Notes: generated by a model not told the origin, from the sequence alone. A stretch of DNA of 64,000 bases from Candidatus Bathyarchaeota archaeon (GCA_963828195.1 CAWHDT010000003.1:192001-256000), one strand, 5' to 3'; counted from the first letter of the stretch, positions 48,503 to 60,031 are shown. Translations and numbers: made by a program.

Positions 48503-49549
48503 CTAAAGGGTTGTTATCTCTGGTTTGGCTTCGCCTTTAACTCCGATGTCTATGGCTTCTTGAATCTGCAGCATACAATCAACATGGGCGGCTTCGTTGA
48601 ATACCTTGTAGTCAATCATTTCCAGAAATGCAGCGTCAACTGAAACCGGCGAGTCAGAAGCAAAGATCCCCACATCCTTCATCAAAGCTTCGTCTGGATT
48701 AGGCAAACAGTCGCAGTTCGGAGTGATGTCTCTTGCGAAACTTACATACGAAACCTTGTTTGCATTGAAAGTGGACAGTACCCCGTTGGCGGCTGACGCG
48801 AGTGCCCTGCAAATATTTTCCTGGTGCGTGAAGCTTATGGCTTCCATGGGGCAGCCATGCTTGCACATTGGGCAACGCATGCACAAGTTTGAGGTGTTTC
48901 TTGCTTTTCCCTCAACGATTTCAGGCAGCGCGAGTTCGCAATTTTCTTTGCATTTTCCGCAGCCGACGCATTTGGACTTGTCTATTTCTAAGCCGACCGT
49001 TCTGTGCTGGCGAAGCTTTCCCGCTCGTGGCGTGCAGCCCATGCCGAGGTTTTTTATGGCGCCGCCGAACCCGCTGAGTTCATGACCCTTATCGTGGGAG
49101 ACAACAATCATGGCGTCAGCCTCCGCAATGGCGCCTGAAACCTCAATTTTATCCAATATGCCCTTTGTGGGGACTGTTCGGTAGTTTTCGCCTCTGAGCC
49201 CATCTGCCACAATAAACGGCGACATGCTGAAGCCGTTCATCCACGCGTTAAGCATGTGGTCGTAGGCGTTGCTTCGATGCGCGTGATAGAGCGTGTTTGA
49301 GTCTGTTAGAAACGGCTTTCCGCCCTTCTCCTTAACCCTGCGAGTTATGTCGTGGATAAAAAACGGCTGCACATAATATGGGTTTCCCAATTCGCCCACA
49401 TGCAACTTGACTGCGACCAAGTCACCTTTTTCAACGCAGTCAAAAGTGCCTGCTTCATCATAGAGACGATTAGCCTCTTCAAGCAAGTTACGTTTTGGAT
49501 CCCACGGAACTAAATAAACCACCATTTTCCGATGCCTCTTCAATTTCAA
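48503..49549 (-). CDS. DUF362 family Fe-S protein
   Basis: VAVKLHVGE, KGHELSGFGGAIKNLGMG, two CxxCxxCxxxC clusters and CDC. Confidence 0.9.
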   Translation of the reverse strand: MKLKRHRKMVVYLVPWDPKRNLLEEANRLYDEAGTFDCVEKGDLVAVKLHVGELGNPYYVQPFFIHDITRRVKEKGGKPFLTDSNTLYHAHRSNAYDHMLNAWMNGFSMSPFIVADGLRGENYRTVPTKGILDKIEVSGAIAEADAMIVVSHDKGHELSGFGGAIKNLGMGCTPRAGKLRQHRTVGLEIDKSKCVGCGKCKENCELALPEIVEGKARNTSNLCMRCPMCKHGCPMEAISFTHQENICRALASAANGVLSTFNANKVSYVSFARDITPNCDCLPNPDEALMKDVGIFASDSPVSVDAAFLEMIDYKVFNEAAHVDCMLQIQEAIDIGVKGEAKPEITTL

Positions 49550-49749
49550 TATCTTGACGGTTCTTATTTGTGTTTAGCTGGATGTTTTAGGGTCGGCTGT
49601 TTGGCTTGGTTTCCGTGCCATTTTTCCACAAAAACTCCTTGGCGGGTAAATTTGCCGAACATGAAATAGGTTTGGGGTCGCTGGCGCTTTAGTGCAGGTG
49701 CATTTGCGCAACCGCTTTAAGGCTTTTATGTGACGGCAGGAAATTCTGG

Positions 49750-50130
49750 TCAGACATTCTCTTGTTTTGCTTTTGAAAAGAAGTTGATGACGGAAATCAG
49801 TTGCTCCATTTTAATGGGCTTAGTAATGTAAGTATCTGCTCCTTCAAAAGTTGCTTTCTCGCTTGTTTTTACCGACGGATGACCTGTGAGTATGATCTTG
49901 ATGGTTTTTTCCATTTCTTTTTTGGCTTTTTCGAGAAGGTCGGTGCCCTCCATGTCGGGAAGGCATACATCTATCAAAGCAACATCAAAAGAACATTCTT
50001 TTAGCTTCTCTAACGCTTTCTGTCCAGTTTCAGCGGTCGTCACTTCAAAGCCCCGTTGGGTTAGGACTTTCGAAAAAGAACTCAGAATATATGTATCATC
50101 ATCAACTATCAGAATTTTCTTCATAAGCAT
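49750..50130 (-). CDS. Stand-alone response regulator (receiver domain)
   Basis: ILIVDDD, ALID...P..EG, LTG and YITKP motifs. Confidence 0.92.
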   Translation of the reverse strand: MLMKKILIVDDDTYILSSFSKVLTQRGFEVTTAETGQKALEKLKECSFDVALIDVCLPDMEGTDLLEKAKKEMEKTIKIILTGHPSVKTSEKATFEGADTYITKPIKMEQLISVINFFSKAKQENV

Positions 50131-50487
50131 ACCTGTACTTTCTTGTTGTTGTGAAGGGGAGCGCTTTATTGCTATAAAAATATGCTGGTGGCATCCAACA
50201 ATCACATTTAAGATTCTAAAGAACCTGGTTGCTGAGGTTCCTGCTGTCAACTAGCAATAAATGGGTGACAGGCATAAACAAGCCATGACCCTACAAAGAC
50301 CCGATTAACAACCCAAATTGCATTAGCCGAATTTTATTCATAGCGTTATTTCTTAGAGATTAAATTTGTTTTGGGAATCAAGAAATAAAATAAAAGAAAA
50401 GCGCATAAAACAAGGAACAAGATGAATAATTCAGAAGCAAATTAAAATATAGAGAATTGATATTGTCATGTTTTCAGGTTATCGTTC

Positions 50488-51390
50488 ATGGGCACGCTTG
50501 AATGCAATGGGTTAACAAAGGTTTACGAGGACCACCGCAAAGCTCTTGAAAACGTCACTTTTTCAGTGGAAACCAACGGGATTTTCGGTTTAATCGGCAG
50601 AAACGGCGCCGGAAAAACCACACTCATCAGAATCCTCGCCACAGAGCTTCAGGCAACCGCTGGGACCGCAAGCATTAACGGTTTTGACGTTTTAAGGCAG
50701 GAGGGCAAGCTGAGGGAGAAAATTGCGATCGTTCCGCAGGAAGCTCGAGCGGTAAGGTGGATGACAGCTAAACAAACTGTTTTTTCTTATCTTCTTTGGC
50801 GAGGCTGGGGCTACAATGACGCAAAGCGGCTTGCTGATGAGTCTCTTGCAAAGCTTGGTTTAGAAGAGTACGCTAACGTGTTGACCAGCAAACTTTCGGG
50901 CGGCACAAAAAGAAAAGTTCTCCTTGCCACCGTAACCGCCTCCGAAGCAGACATTATTTTTCTCGATGAACCCACAACAGGCTTGGACCCAATCTCAAGG
51001 CGGGAGCTATGGGAGATTCTTAGGGAGCTGGGCAAAGAACGGTTTCTTTTTCTTACAACTCACTATCTTGAAGAGGCAGAGCAACTTGCAGATAAAATCG
51101 GCATTCTTAAAGATGGAAAAATGGTTTCGTTCGGCACCCTTCCTGAACTGAGAAAAACCGTTAGGTACCAGTACAGCATCAAACTGCCGCCTAAGGTGCA
51201 GGTTCCACAGTTGAAAGATGCAGAAGTAACCACCGATAAAGGCGGCGTTACGCAGATAATGACTAATGAAGATGAAGCTTTCAGCTTAGCCAAAGCTTTT
51301 GCTGAGCAATCAGTCAAATTCTCAATTGCCCCAGTCACTTTAGATGATATTTTCTTTTATCTTGTTGGGCAAAAAGCGAGGGATGAATAA
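50488..51390 (+). CDS. ABC-2 transporter ATP-binding protein
   Basis: GRNGAGKTT, LSGG, FLDEP and TTHY motifs. Confidence 0.95.
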   Translation: MGTLECNGLTKVYEDHRKALENVTFSVETNGIFGLIGRNGAGKTTLIRILATELQATAGTASINGFDVLRQEGKLREKIAIVPQEARAVRWMTAKQTVFSYLLWRGWGYNDAKRLADESLAKLGLEEYANVLTSKLSGGTKRKVLLATVTASEADIIFLDEPTTGLDPISRRELWEILRELGKERFLFLTTHYLEEAEQLADKIGILKDGKMVSFGTLPELRKTVRYQYSIKLPPKVQVPQLKDAEVTTDKGGVTQIMTNEDEAFSLAKAFAEQSVKFSIAPVTLDDIFFYLVGQKARDE

Positions 51391-51450
51391 CTGAAACGCA
51401 GTAAACTCAGCCAACTTCTCGCGGGAATTCTAGTAAATGCCATCTACGAA

Positions 51451-52134
51451 ATGGTCAACTATCCTATCGTTTTGATAAGCGCCGTTATCGCGCCGTTTTC
51501 TATTCTGATTGTAATTACTTTCATATCTCATGGCAGTCTTTTCGGAACCGCGATTGAAGGCGGATTAATAATGACGTTTTTTTCTGCCGGAATTTCGCTT
51601 CAATCAGACCTTTCTCACTTAAAAAATGACTTTAAGCTTCAAGATATGATTGTTAGCTCTCCGACAAGTTCAACCTTGTACATGGCTGGAATGACTCTTG
51701 CAGAAATCGTTTACTCTATCCCCTCTTTAGCCATTCTCATAGCACTTGCGGGAGTTTACCTGCAGCATTCGCTTCTCCAAATAGGCATTTTATCCGCTGC
51801 ACTGTTGCTGATATTCGCTATTTCAGTAGCTTTAGGGTTCATGCTGTCAACTTTCTCAAATGATGTGGTTCAAAGCTACGCTTTCTCTAGGCTGATCTCA
51901 CTCTTGTTCACTACGTTGCCGCCCGTGTATTACCCGATAACATATGTTCCCGATGTGTACAGGTACGTCGCTTATCTTTCGCCGACGACGTATGTCGCGG
52001 AAATTATGCAGTCAGCAACAGGTTACCTCAAAATCTCAAATATCAATCTGATTTTTGATTGGGTGATCCTTTCGGCGGTGTGCGCCATAGTCTTGTTTAT
52101 AGCGTATAAGAAGACAAGATGGAAAGACGTTTAG
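51451..52134 (+). CDS. ABC-2 transporter permease (start may be ~51391)
   Basis: Six TM helices; PPVYYP...SPTTY. Confidence 0.88.
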   Translation: MVNYPIVLISAVIAPFSILIVITFISHGSLFGTAIEGGLIMTFFSAGISLQSDLSHLKNDFKLQDMIVSSPTSSTLYMAGMTLAEIVYSIPSLAILIALAGVYLQHSLLQIGILSAALLLIFAISVALGFMLSTFSNDVVQSYAFSRLISLLFTTLPPVYYPITYVPDVYRYVAYLSPTTYVAEIMQSATGYLKISNINLIFDWVILSAVCAIVLFIAYKKTRWKDV

Positions 52135-52184
52135 AAACCCAGTTCTTCCCAGTGCCCCCTATCCCGATAGCTCCGTAAAAAGCA

Positions 52185-52401
52185 AAAGTCGCAACTTTCA
52201 TCAAACTAAAAAGTCGCAACCCACAAAGGTCCCGCCTGTAACCGACAATAACTTCAACATAGAGTCAACATGCAAAGTCGCAATCCGCCCATCCCAAAGT
52301 CGCAACGAAAAAGCAGAAACCAACCCTAAACCGAAAAACCAGCCCAAACCACAAACAGCTACACCTGAAAGTCGCAACTTACGCCACGGCAAAGTCGCAA
52401 C
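52185..52401. repeat. Six direct repeats AAAGTCGCAA(C) in three pairs
   Basis: Copies start at 52185, 52210, 52274, 52296, 52368 and 52391. Confidence 0.9.
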
Positions 52402-52440
52402 TAAAAAATTCAGGCAAAACCCAACCTAAAAAGACGAAAC

Positions 52441-52692
52441 TTAATATTTTTTTCCCAAAACAATCTTTTTCTGGATTTCCAAAACCTCAGCTTCATCATC
52501 AGCTAAGATGTTAAGCCACAGTTCAAACTCGGTTTTCGAAATCTCTTTTTGGATGACGCCTTTTTGGTCTCCTGAGAAAAATCGGGATGGTTCAGAAATG
52601 AAAAGTTTGACGTAGAAGATTCGGTCTGCAATTACAAGTTTGGAGCTGCAGCCGGCATGTTCTCCTGAAGTATAGTTAACTTCACAGCCCAT
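52441..52692 (-). CDS. Small hypothetical protein
   Basis: 83-aa ATG ORF with protein-like composition. Confidence 0.65.
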   Translation of the reverse strand: MGCEVNYTSGEHAGCSSKLVIADRIFYVKLFISEPSRFFSGDQKGVIQKEISKTEFELWLNILADDEAEVLEIQKKIVLGKKY

Positions 52693-52880
52693 TGTTTCGA
52701 GACCTTCGTTGAACAGCGTGTTTGTGTACTTAAATTTTCTGCCTAAACAATTTTTTTTGCTGCTGCCTCATGCAACGCAAAACTCTAAAAAGCAGAAACT
52801 CTGGCTCAGCGGAGAATTTGCCTGAAATATCGCAAAATAACCCCGAATAAATCGGCTCGACACTTTGCTGCGAAACAACT

Positions 52881-54488
52881 CTAACCTTTAGGAAGGTTAC
52901 CGGCTTTTTCTTTTTTGGAAGATGGTTTTCTGCGTTCAAAAAGAAGGTACCCCGCCGCTAAAACGATAATTATTGAGGCTGCAACTCCGACAACAGTAAT
53001 TGTTGGAAAGGGTTCTACGTTGAAATATACAGTTTTTGAACCTGTGTTACCCACTTCGTCGATAGCGTAAACGGTTAAACTGTGTGAACCATTAGATAAC
53101 GCCGGTAAAGTTACATTTCCAAGTATGGTAACGTTTTGTTGTCCATCTAAACTGTAGGCTAACCAAGTGACTGTTTTATTGACCTCGAAAGACAGTTGGA
53201 TGTCTGTGGATCCATAAGTTTGGTTTTGAGGAACCATAATCACGATGTTCGGCGGAATCGTATCTATAAAAAAGAACACTGGGCTCGAACTCCCCATGTT
53301 GCCTGAGCTATCGTTAGCATAAACAACTATGCTGTTTTCGCCTTCAGACAAATTATATAATTCGGTTTCACCCATCACGGTTACATTTACCCTGCTATCT
53401 AAACTGTAACCCGCCCACGCAGTATTTCTGTCAACCGTAAAATTCAAAGCTACTTCATTGTAAGTTTCGTTTTCAGGCGAAGTAACCTGAATAATCGGTG
53501 GAGCAGTCCCGTAGCCAATAGGAGTGAACTCCTCAACCGTGCTTAACCAGTTTTCGCCGTCAAATCCCCCGATTGCATATAAAACATCATTTACAACAGC
53601 AACACCCAAGTAAGCCCGAGCCGTAGGCATAGAGGCGCCGGTACTCCAAGAAGCATTGCTTGGATTGTAAACTTGAACGCGGCTGCTTATGGAATTCATA
53701 TAATATCCACCGATAACGTATAACAATGGAGGAGCCATAAAGCCCGTAGTAGCTGCGGCAGCACCATAACTAACTACAGACGGCAAATTTGCAGCTAAAC
53801 TCCATGTGTCGTTTTGGGGATTGTATACTTGTTGTGAATTAACATAAATGTCGCTTCCTTGCAAGCCTGAAGTCTGCGAACCCCCAATGACATGAATATC
53901 GCCATTTATCAAGGCCGATGCGTAACCAAAAACAGCTGACGGAATCGGTGCGCCGGCAGTCCATGTGTTGTTAGCTGGATCATAAATTTCGTTCACATTA
54001 GTTTCAGCATAGTAAGGGCTTGTGCTCGAATATACTTGGCCGCCGATTAAGTATATTTTATCGTTCACTACAGTTGCGCTTAAGTCGGCTCGAGGAGTAG
54101 GCATTGAAGCTTCTATTTGCCAAGTATTAGCGCCTGGATCGTACACTTCGTTGTTGCCAACATACTCATTACCAATTTCTCCGCCGATAACGTATATTTC
54201 GTTATCGAAAACTGCAATGGCAAAATCGCTTCTCGCAGTCGGCATAGGCGCTTCACTTGTCCATTCGTTTGTGCCCGGATTGTACATTTCATTAACGTTA
54301 AGGGCCAAACCGTTGTTGCCCAGGCCCCCAATTGCATAGATTTTCCCGTTAACCGTTGCAACCCCGAGTCCACCCCGCGCAGTAGGCATAGACGCCATTG
54401 AGGTCCATGAAGATTGATCTGTGACTGTCTGGGCTTTGGCGCAGGGAAAATTGAGAATTGGCAAAGTTAACGTTACAATAATAAGCAT
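52881..54488 (-). CDS. Kelch-repeat surface protein with Ig-like domains and C-terminal TM
   Basis: Six MPTAR...IYxIGG...YxP...W Kelch repeats and two YSLD Ig repeats. Confidence 0.9.
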   Translation of the reverse strand: MLIIVTLTLPILNFPCAKAQTVTDQSSWTSMASMPTARGGLGVATVNGKIYAIGGLGNNGLALNVNEMYNPGTNEWTSEAPMPTARSDFAIAVFDNEIYVIGGEIGNEYVGNNEVYDPGANTWQIEASMPTPRADLSATVVNDKIYLIGGQVYSSTSPYYAETNVNEIYDPANNTWTAGAPIPSAVFGYASALINGDIHVIGGSQTSGLQGSDIYVNSQQVYNPQNDTWSLAANLPSVVSYGAAAATTGFMAPPLLYVIGGYYMNSISSRVQVYNPSNASWSTGASMPTARAYLGVAVVNDVLYAIGGFDGENWLSTVEEFTPIGYGTAPPIIQVTSPENETYNEVALNFTVDRNTAWAGYSLDSRVNVTVMGETELYNLSEGENSIVVYANDSSGNMGSSSPVFFFIDTIPPNIVIMVPQNQTYGSTDIQLSFEVNKTVTWLAYSLDGQQNVTILGNVTLPALSNGSHSLTVYAIDEVGNTGSKTVYFNVEPFPTITVVGVAASIIIVLAAGYLLFERRKPSSKKEKAGNLPKG

Positions 54489-54699
54489 GGCTGCGAGAAT
54501 CTGAATATGCTTATTTATTGTTGAACCCCCACATGCCTCTTTAGGGTATTAAATGCACTTTACCTTTATATTGTTTAAAGAAATTGATGAAAAAACAGTC
54601 CGAACTTTGAAAGTGCAAGTAAACTTCTGTAGATTCCATAAATGTTTTGAGTTGGGAAAAAGTTTAATGGTTGTTTTAAGAATTAACTTTGAGAGATGA

Positions 54700-55158
54700 A
54701 TGTTTATGGCGATTGAAAACATTTTAGTGGGTGTTGACGGGTCTGAAAATTCTTTTAAGGCATTAGATTTCGCTTTAAATTTGGCTGAAAAATTTAATGC
54801 ATCTGTCATGATTTTGAATGTTTCTGAGTCGCTGGTAATGGGCACGGTTACTGAAGAAGTAACTGGTTCTTCAGACGGCAACACCTCTACATTTGTTACG
54901 GATTTGAGGCAGATTCATAACGAAATTTTAAGCAGAAGTGTTGCTCATGCGAAAGCAGTGAAGCCTAATTTGTCAGTTTCGTCAATGCTGAAAGAAGGGG
55001 AGCCTGCCGCTGAAATTATTAATGCTGCTAAAGAGGGCGGTTTCGACGTTATTGTTGTTGGACATAGAGGCTTAAGTAAAATGAAAGAGCGTGTGTTGGG
55101 AAGTATAAGCGAGAAAGTTGCGAATTTAGCACCTTGCCCAGTTATAATAGTAAAATAA
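54700..55158 (+). CDS. Universal stress protein
   Basis: ILVGVDGS, VVGHRG...LGSISEKV and CPVIIVK motifs. Confidence 0.95.
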   Translation: MFMAIENILVGVDGSENSFKALDFALNLAEKFNASVMILNVSESLVMGTVTEEVTGSSDGNTSTFVTDLRQIHNEILSRSVAHAKAVKPNLSVSSMLKEGEPAAEIINAAKEGGFDVIVVGHRGLSKMKERVLGSISEKVANLAPCPVIIVK

Positions 55159-55410
55159 AACCATATTTTTTCTTTTTAGTCGGTTCTTAAGAAGCTGACT
55201 TAAATCTACGTGCAGCGGAAATGGAAAGTAAAAAGCTCATTGAGTTATCTTCATTTGCCATATTTATTCTGTTAAGTTTGCCTCTTCTCCATTTCTCCAC
55301 TCTAATTCTGGCTAAGTTTTATATCCCAGAGGCAATAGGAAGTTGGTAAAGCTAAATGTGGATTCAACATAAATGGGGGATAAACCGTTCAGTTAAGAAA
55401 AATTCTGGCG

Positions 55411-55845
55411 TTGGTTCTAATCGTATTTATTGTCGCTGGCAGCATTGGAGTTGTTTTGATTTTGAGCAAAAACCCCTCGCCGCCGCCCAAAGTCTATACG
55501 ACTGATATAGTGAATGGGACAGCCAATGTCAATGCGGACGAGTATGTAGATTACCCGTTCACTGTTCCCGTAAATTCATCGAACATTCATGTTTCAGGAA
55601 ATTTTACGGTGCAAGGTGGGAGCGGCAACGGCGTCATAGTTTATGTTTTTGACATCACTAACTATGAAAATTATGCGAATGGGAGTTACTTCGGCGCGCT
55701 CTACCAAAGTTCACAAGCTAGAACGGCTTTAATTAGTTCCAACCTTGACGCAAGTGGAAATTACTTTCTTGTGATCGACAACACGTTATCTACGATTACT
55801 CAAACCGTGGATATACAAGCCAATGTTACCTACTCCGTGCCGTAG
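55411..55845 (+). CDS. Membrane-anchored beta-sandwich hypothetical protein
   Basis: N-terminal TM; GNYFLVIDN motif. Confidence 0.65.
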   Translation: MVLIVFIVAGSIGVVLILSKNPSPPPKVYTTDIVNGTANVNADEYVDYPFTVPVNSSNIHVSGNFTVQGGSGNGVIVYVFDITNYENYANGSYFGALYQSSQARTALISSNLDASGNYFLVIDNTLSTITQTVDIQANVTYSVP

Positions 55846-56094
55846 GGAAGGGACTAAGAAAAATCTTTTTGTTCTTAGCTGTATTTTACGCTGGCAAAGC
55901 AGAAGCGAAGCTACCTCGATGTTTTCCAATTCAAAAAGAGTAAGCTGTCCTGATTGACACAACGAAAAATAAACAATGACTAAAGTCTTAGCCAGCAGAC
56001 GAAAGAGCGCTTGGGTAGTTCACTTGTCGCGGTAAAAGATGCTATAGCACCATTGAAGAACTGATGTTAACCTATCTTAAAGTCTAAAAATGGT

Positions 56095-56295
56095 TTAGCT
56101 GTGAATTTGCTGCGGACGTGCGCAGTAAAAGTTTCCATTTACCTTTGTGAAAGCTGGGCATTTGCCGTCATAACAATGTTCAAGCCACTGACAGGGGGAC
56201 CTAACGTCATATACTCGGGGCATGTATCCTTGTGAACTAAAAGATTCATGGTTTTTTTGTCGTCTAGAAACTTTTTCCAAAATTGTTTCCATCAA
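56095..56295 (-). CDS. Small Cys-rich hypothetical protein
   Basis: PCQWLEHC...KCPAF...YCARP; GAAGGA RBS-like sequence upstream. Confidence 0.5.
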   Translation of the reverse strand: MMETILEKVSRRQKNHESFSSQGYMPRVYDVRSPCQWLEHCYDGKCPAFTKVNGNFYCARPQQIHS

Positions 56296-56348
56296 AATTC
56301 CTTCAAAATTTCTAAGTTAAATTAATAGTGCCTTGTTCGAATTATTAA

Positions 56349-57398
<1,050 letters not shown>

Positions 57399-57402
57399 AG
57401 CT

Positions 57403-59619
57403 TCAAGTAGAATTGAAGCGGTCGAACGTTGCGAGATTGCTCATGGAGCCGCATGAGGGGCATTTGTGCAGTGTTCCAAACCAGCTTTTTTTGCAGTTGT
57501 CGCAGAGGCTGATTACTCGGTGGTAGGTGAAGAATTCTATGGATTGACTTTCAATTAAACGCCGGGTTAAATCCATCAGTGCTTCAGGCTTAAACTCGTT
57601 GGCCCACAACTCTATAATGCTTAAGGCACCGCCAGCGTTTAGCCCTCTCATTTTTTGCGTTGTCTCCACCATTTCAGATTGTAAGCTAAGTGGTTCACCG
57701 GCTTTAACCTGGAATCTTCTTGCGGTTGAGTAATAGGGTTTTTCTCGTGTGCCTGAGAATTTTACTTTGGCTACACCATACTTCTCAATATCTAATTGGG
57801 CAAGCCGCTCTGACGCTTCAAAATTGCTAAGTATTACAGGGTAAAGGCGTTTTCCGTGTTTTCTTCCGATTTTCTGCTTGAAAGCCAAAATGTTCTGAAT
57901 TGTTTCCTCCGCAAACTTGCGGCCTTCTTCCGAGTTTAAGCTTTTTTCAGTAAAAGCCTCCACGGCTTCTTTGAACCCAGCTAAATTTACTATACGTGAA
58001 CAATTTTCTAGCCTGAAGTAGGTATCTCCATTGGCGTTTTTTAGAAGGAAAGGCAATGAGTTTTTTCCGAATTGCTTAAGTGCAGTGTTTTTTATTCCTA
58101 AGGTTCGGGCGGCAATTTCAAAACGTTCTTTCACTAAATCGAAGAACTTGTTTTTGTCCTTCTCACTTTCTTGAACTATTCTTGGCAAATTAATTGTTAC
58201 GCAACCAAGGCAGCCCGTGCGGAGGGTGTCGGTTTCCCAGTCGCCTGTAAAGTCAGGTGCAAGTTTAACTCCCGAACCAGAGAAAACCGTATTCTCAGTA
58301 TCTTTCTTTGTGATGTTCGCAAAGTATGGTGTGCCCTTTTCAGCTGCTAACTGGTGGACTTTCAGGAAAAATGTTTTTGTGTTTTCATCAGTTAACGTGT
58401 CTTTGTCAACTTTTATAACCAGTTTAGGGTTAAGAAGCGGCTTTTGAGAACTCTCTTCCGTGAAGATTTCAATGATAAGTGAAGCTAAAAGTCGGCTTTC
58501 TATCATGAAATCACTGTATTTGCCGCATATTTTCCCTTGGGGGCCAATTGCTTCTTTTTCTGCGATTACTTTTGGAGTTGAAAGCTCAAGCCCCAACGTC
58601 GCTTCGGCATGTTGATTTAGGTTTAAAATGAATAAGCGGAGATTTTCCTTTATTCTTGCAGTTTCAGCGTCTCTTACGAAAGGCGCAAGAAAAATGTTGA
58701 AGTAATCGCATGTTTGCATCAGGTTGGTTTCTTTGCTGGCATGCAAGAGAACGTTGAAGGCAATTGACAACGCCGATTCAAAGTTAATCGGGGGCTCCAT
58801 TGAAACCTGCATTGGATTATCAAGTTTGAGACCGTTTTGGAAGAAAAACCTCAGGTCATGGCTGATCTCGTCTGGTTTCAGTATCCATGTGCCTAAGTTG
58901 TCAATGTGGATGGCGCCTGAAAGGTGCGCGTCAGAGATGTCTCTTGGGAAAATGTTGAGCAAAGTATATTCACCAAGGACCGCTTGGCCTGCCTTTGCAA
59001 GTAATGTCGCTGAGTCAGCGGGTTCGTCCTTTGATTCCAGTGAATTTGTTACCTCGTGCACGGGCATGCCTACTCTTGTAAGTTTATGGCGGTACTCTTC
59101 ATAGCCCTTTTCAACCAAAATGCCATTAACAATTTCCCTGATCAAGGGGGCTGTGAGGTATTTTGTTTTTGATTTAACTATGCGTTTCTCTGCTTCCTTA
59201 GCTGCTTTCTGCGCCAGTTCAGCCGGAACCTTTGCTTCTTTTATGAGCGAATTAGCTATTTTGTTCGCATCAAACTCTTCCACCGTTAAATGTGAAGTAC
59301 GGACAAGCATGCCTCTAGGTTTAACCGCTTTCTTCTCCACGCGGTCAGCCACGTCAAGAACCATCTTACCGAGGTCAGTCAGGTAATACTTTTTTGCTTC
59401 TACATCTGCCTCAACCAAATCTGCTTTTAAGAGAAATTTTAAGTGGTAGGCGAACCTGCCTGCGTCTCGGCTGGGATTCATTTTTAACTGGTTCATCAGT
59501 TCGGTGTAGGCAAGGGCGCTTTTGTCGAATAGCAGGTTTAGAATTTGCAACCTGAGAGGTGAAGAAACGGCTTTAAGCACTTTTACGCCGCGTGCACGTT
59601 GCGGTGGCTGATTTACCAT
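57403..59619 (-). CDS. ArsR-type HTH + ATP-cone + class III ribonucleotide reductase (NrdD)-like protein, apparently non-catalytic
   Basis: HTH (RLQILNLL...YHLKFL), ATP cone (VRTS...EEFD...IRE), AHLSGAIHI, INLPRI and CxxC...CPSC. The protein ends FDRFNST, without the glycyl-radical GY motif. Confidence 0.8.
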   Translation of the reverse strand: MVNQPPQRARGVKVLKAVSSPLRLQILNLLFDKSALAYTELMNQLKMNPSRDAGRFAYHLKFLLKADLVEADVEAKKYYLTDLGKMVLDVADRVEKKAVKPRGMLVRTSHLTVEEFDANKIANSLIKEAKVPAELAQKAAKEAEKRIVKSKTKYLTAPLIREIVNGILVEKGYEEYRHKLTRVGMPVHEVTNSLESKDEPADSATLLAKAGQAVLGEYTLLNIFPRDISDAHLSGAIHIDNLGTWILKPDEISHDLRFFFQNGLKLDNPMQVSMEPPINFESALSIAFNVLLHASKETNLMQTCDYFNIFLAPFVRDAETARIKENLRLFILNLNQHAEATLGLELSTPKVIAEKEAIGPQGKICGKYSDFMIESRLLASLIIEIFTEESSQKPLLNPKLVIKVDKDTLTDENTKTFFLKVHQLAAEKGTPYFANITKKDTENTVFSGSGVKLAPDFTGDWETDTLRTGCLGCVTINLPRIVQESEKDKNKFFDLVKERFEIAARTLGIKNTALKQFGKNSLPFLLKNANGDTYFRLENCSRIVNLAGFKEAVEAFTEKSLNSEEGRKFAEETIQNILAFKQKIGRKHGKRLYPVILSNFEASERLAQLDIEKYGVAKVKFSGTREKPYYSTARRFQVKAGEPLSLQSEMVETTQKMRGLNAGGALSIIELWANEFKPEALMDLTRRLIESQSIEFFTYHRVISLCDNCKKSWFGTLHKCPSCGSMSNLATFDRFNST

Positions 59620-59951
59620 AACCCCTTGTCCCCTTTGACTCCCCGATTGGTGCTCTACCTATATTTCAAGGCAGACTTTAAAACTTAACTACATGTCAAT
59701 TTAGTGGAAACTTCCAAGGGCGAACTCACATTGCGACTAACTTTACACGTTTTCTTCTAATTTTTCTATTTTAATTCATAGTCTGGTAATTATACAAGCT
59801 ATTGAGGAAAGATTTTGAGCCAAGTTTTTTGAATAATTAAAATGTTTGGCTTCAGCAGGAAAAACAATGTTGTTGTGAGAATACAGTCACATTATTATTT
59901 ATCATTCAAGCTGCATGTAAGTTTATAAGCACGCAGTGAGGATGAACCTGA

Positions 59952-60031
59952 AAGCGTGAGGGGTTAGCTTAGACGCAGACGGATATTCCCCTCTCTCTCT
60001 TCCTGAAATTTTTCGTTTGCGCCTAAGTTTT
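59952..60031 (+). ncRNA. Candidate structured small RNA (hairpin/pseudoknot)
   Basis: TTTATAA at 59922; stem 59968-59983 / 60012-60027 (15 of 16 pairs including G:U); GAGGGG (59958) complementary to loop CCCCTC (59988); T-run after the stem. Confidence 0.4.

Noticed and set aside
52201-52392. 63-aa minus-strand ORF over the repeat array
   Set aside because: The repeats fall in different frames and there is no convincing start; likely spurious.
52185-52401. Repeat array as a CRISPR
   Set aside because: The repeats are only 10-11 bp with irregular 11-61 bp gaps, and there are no cas genes in the window.
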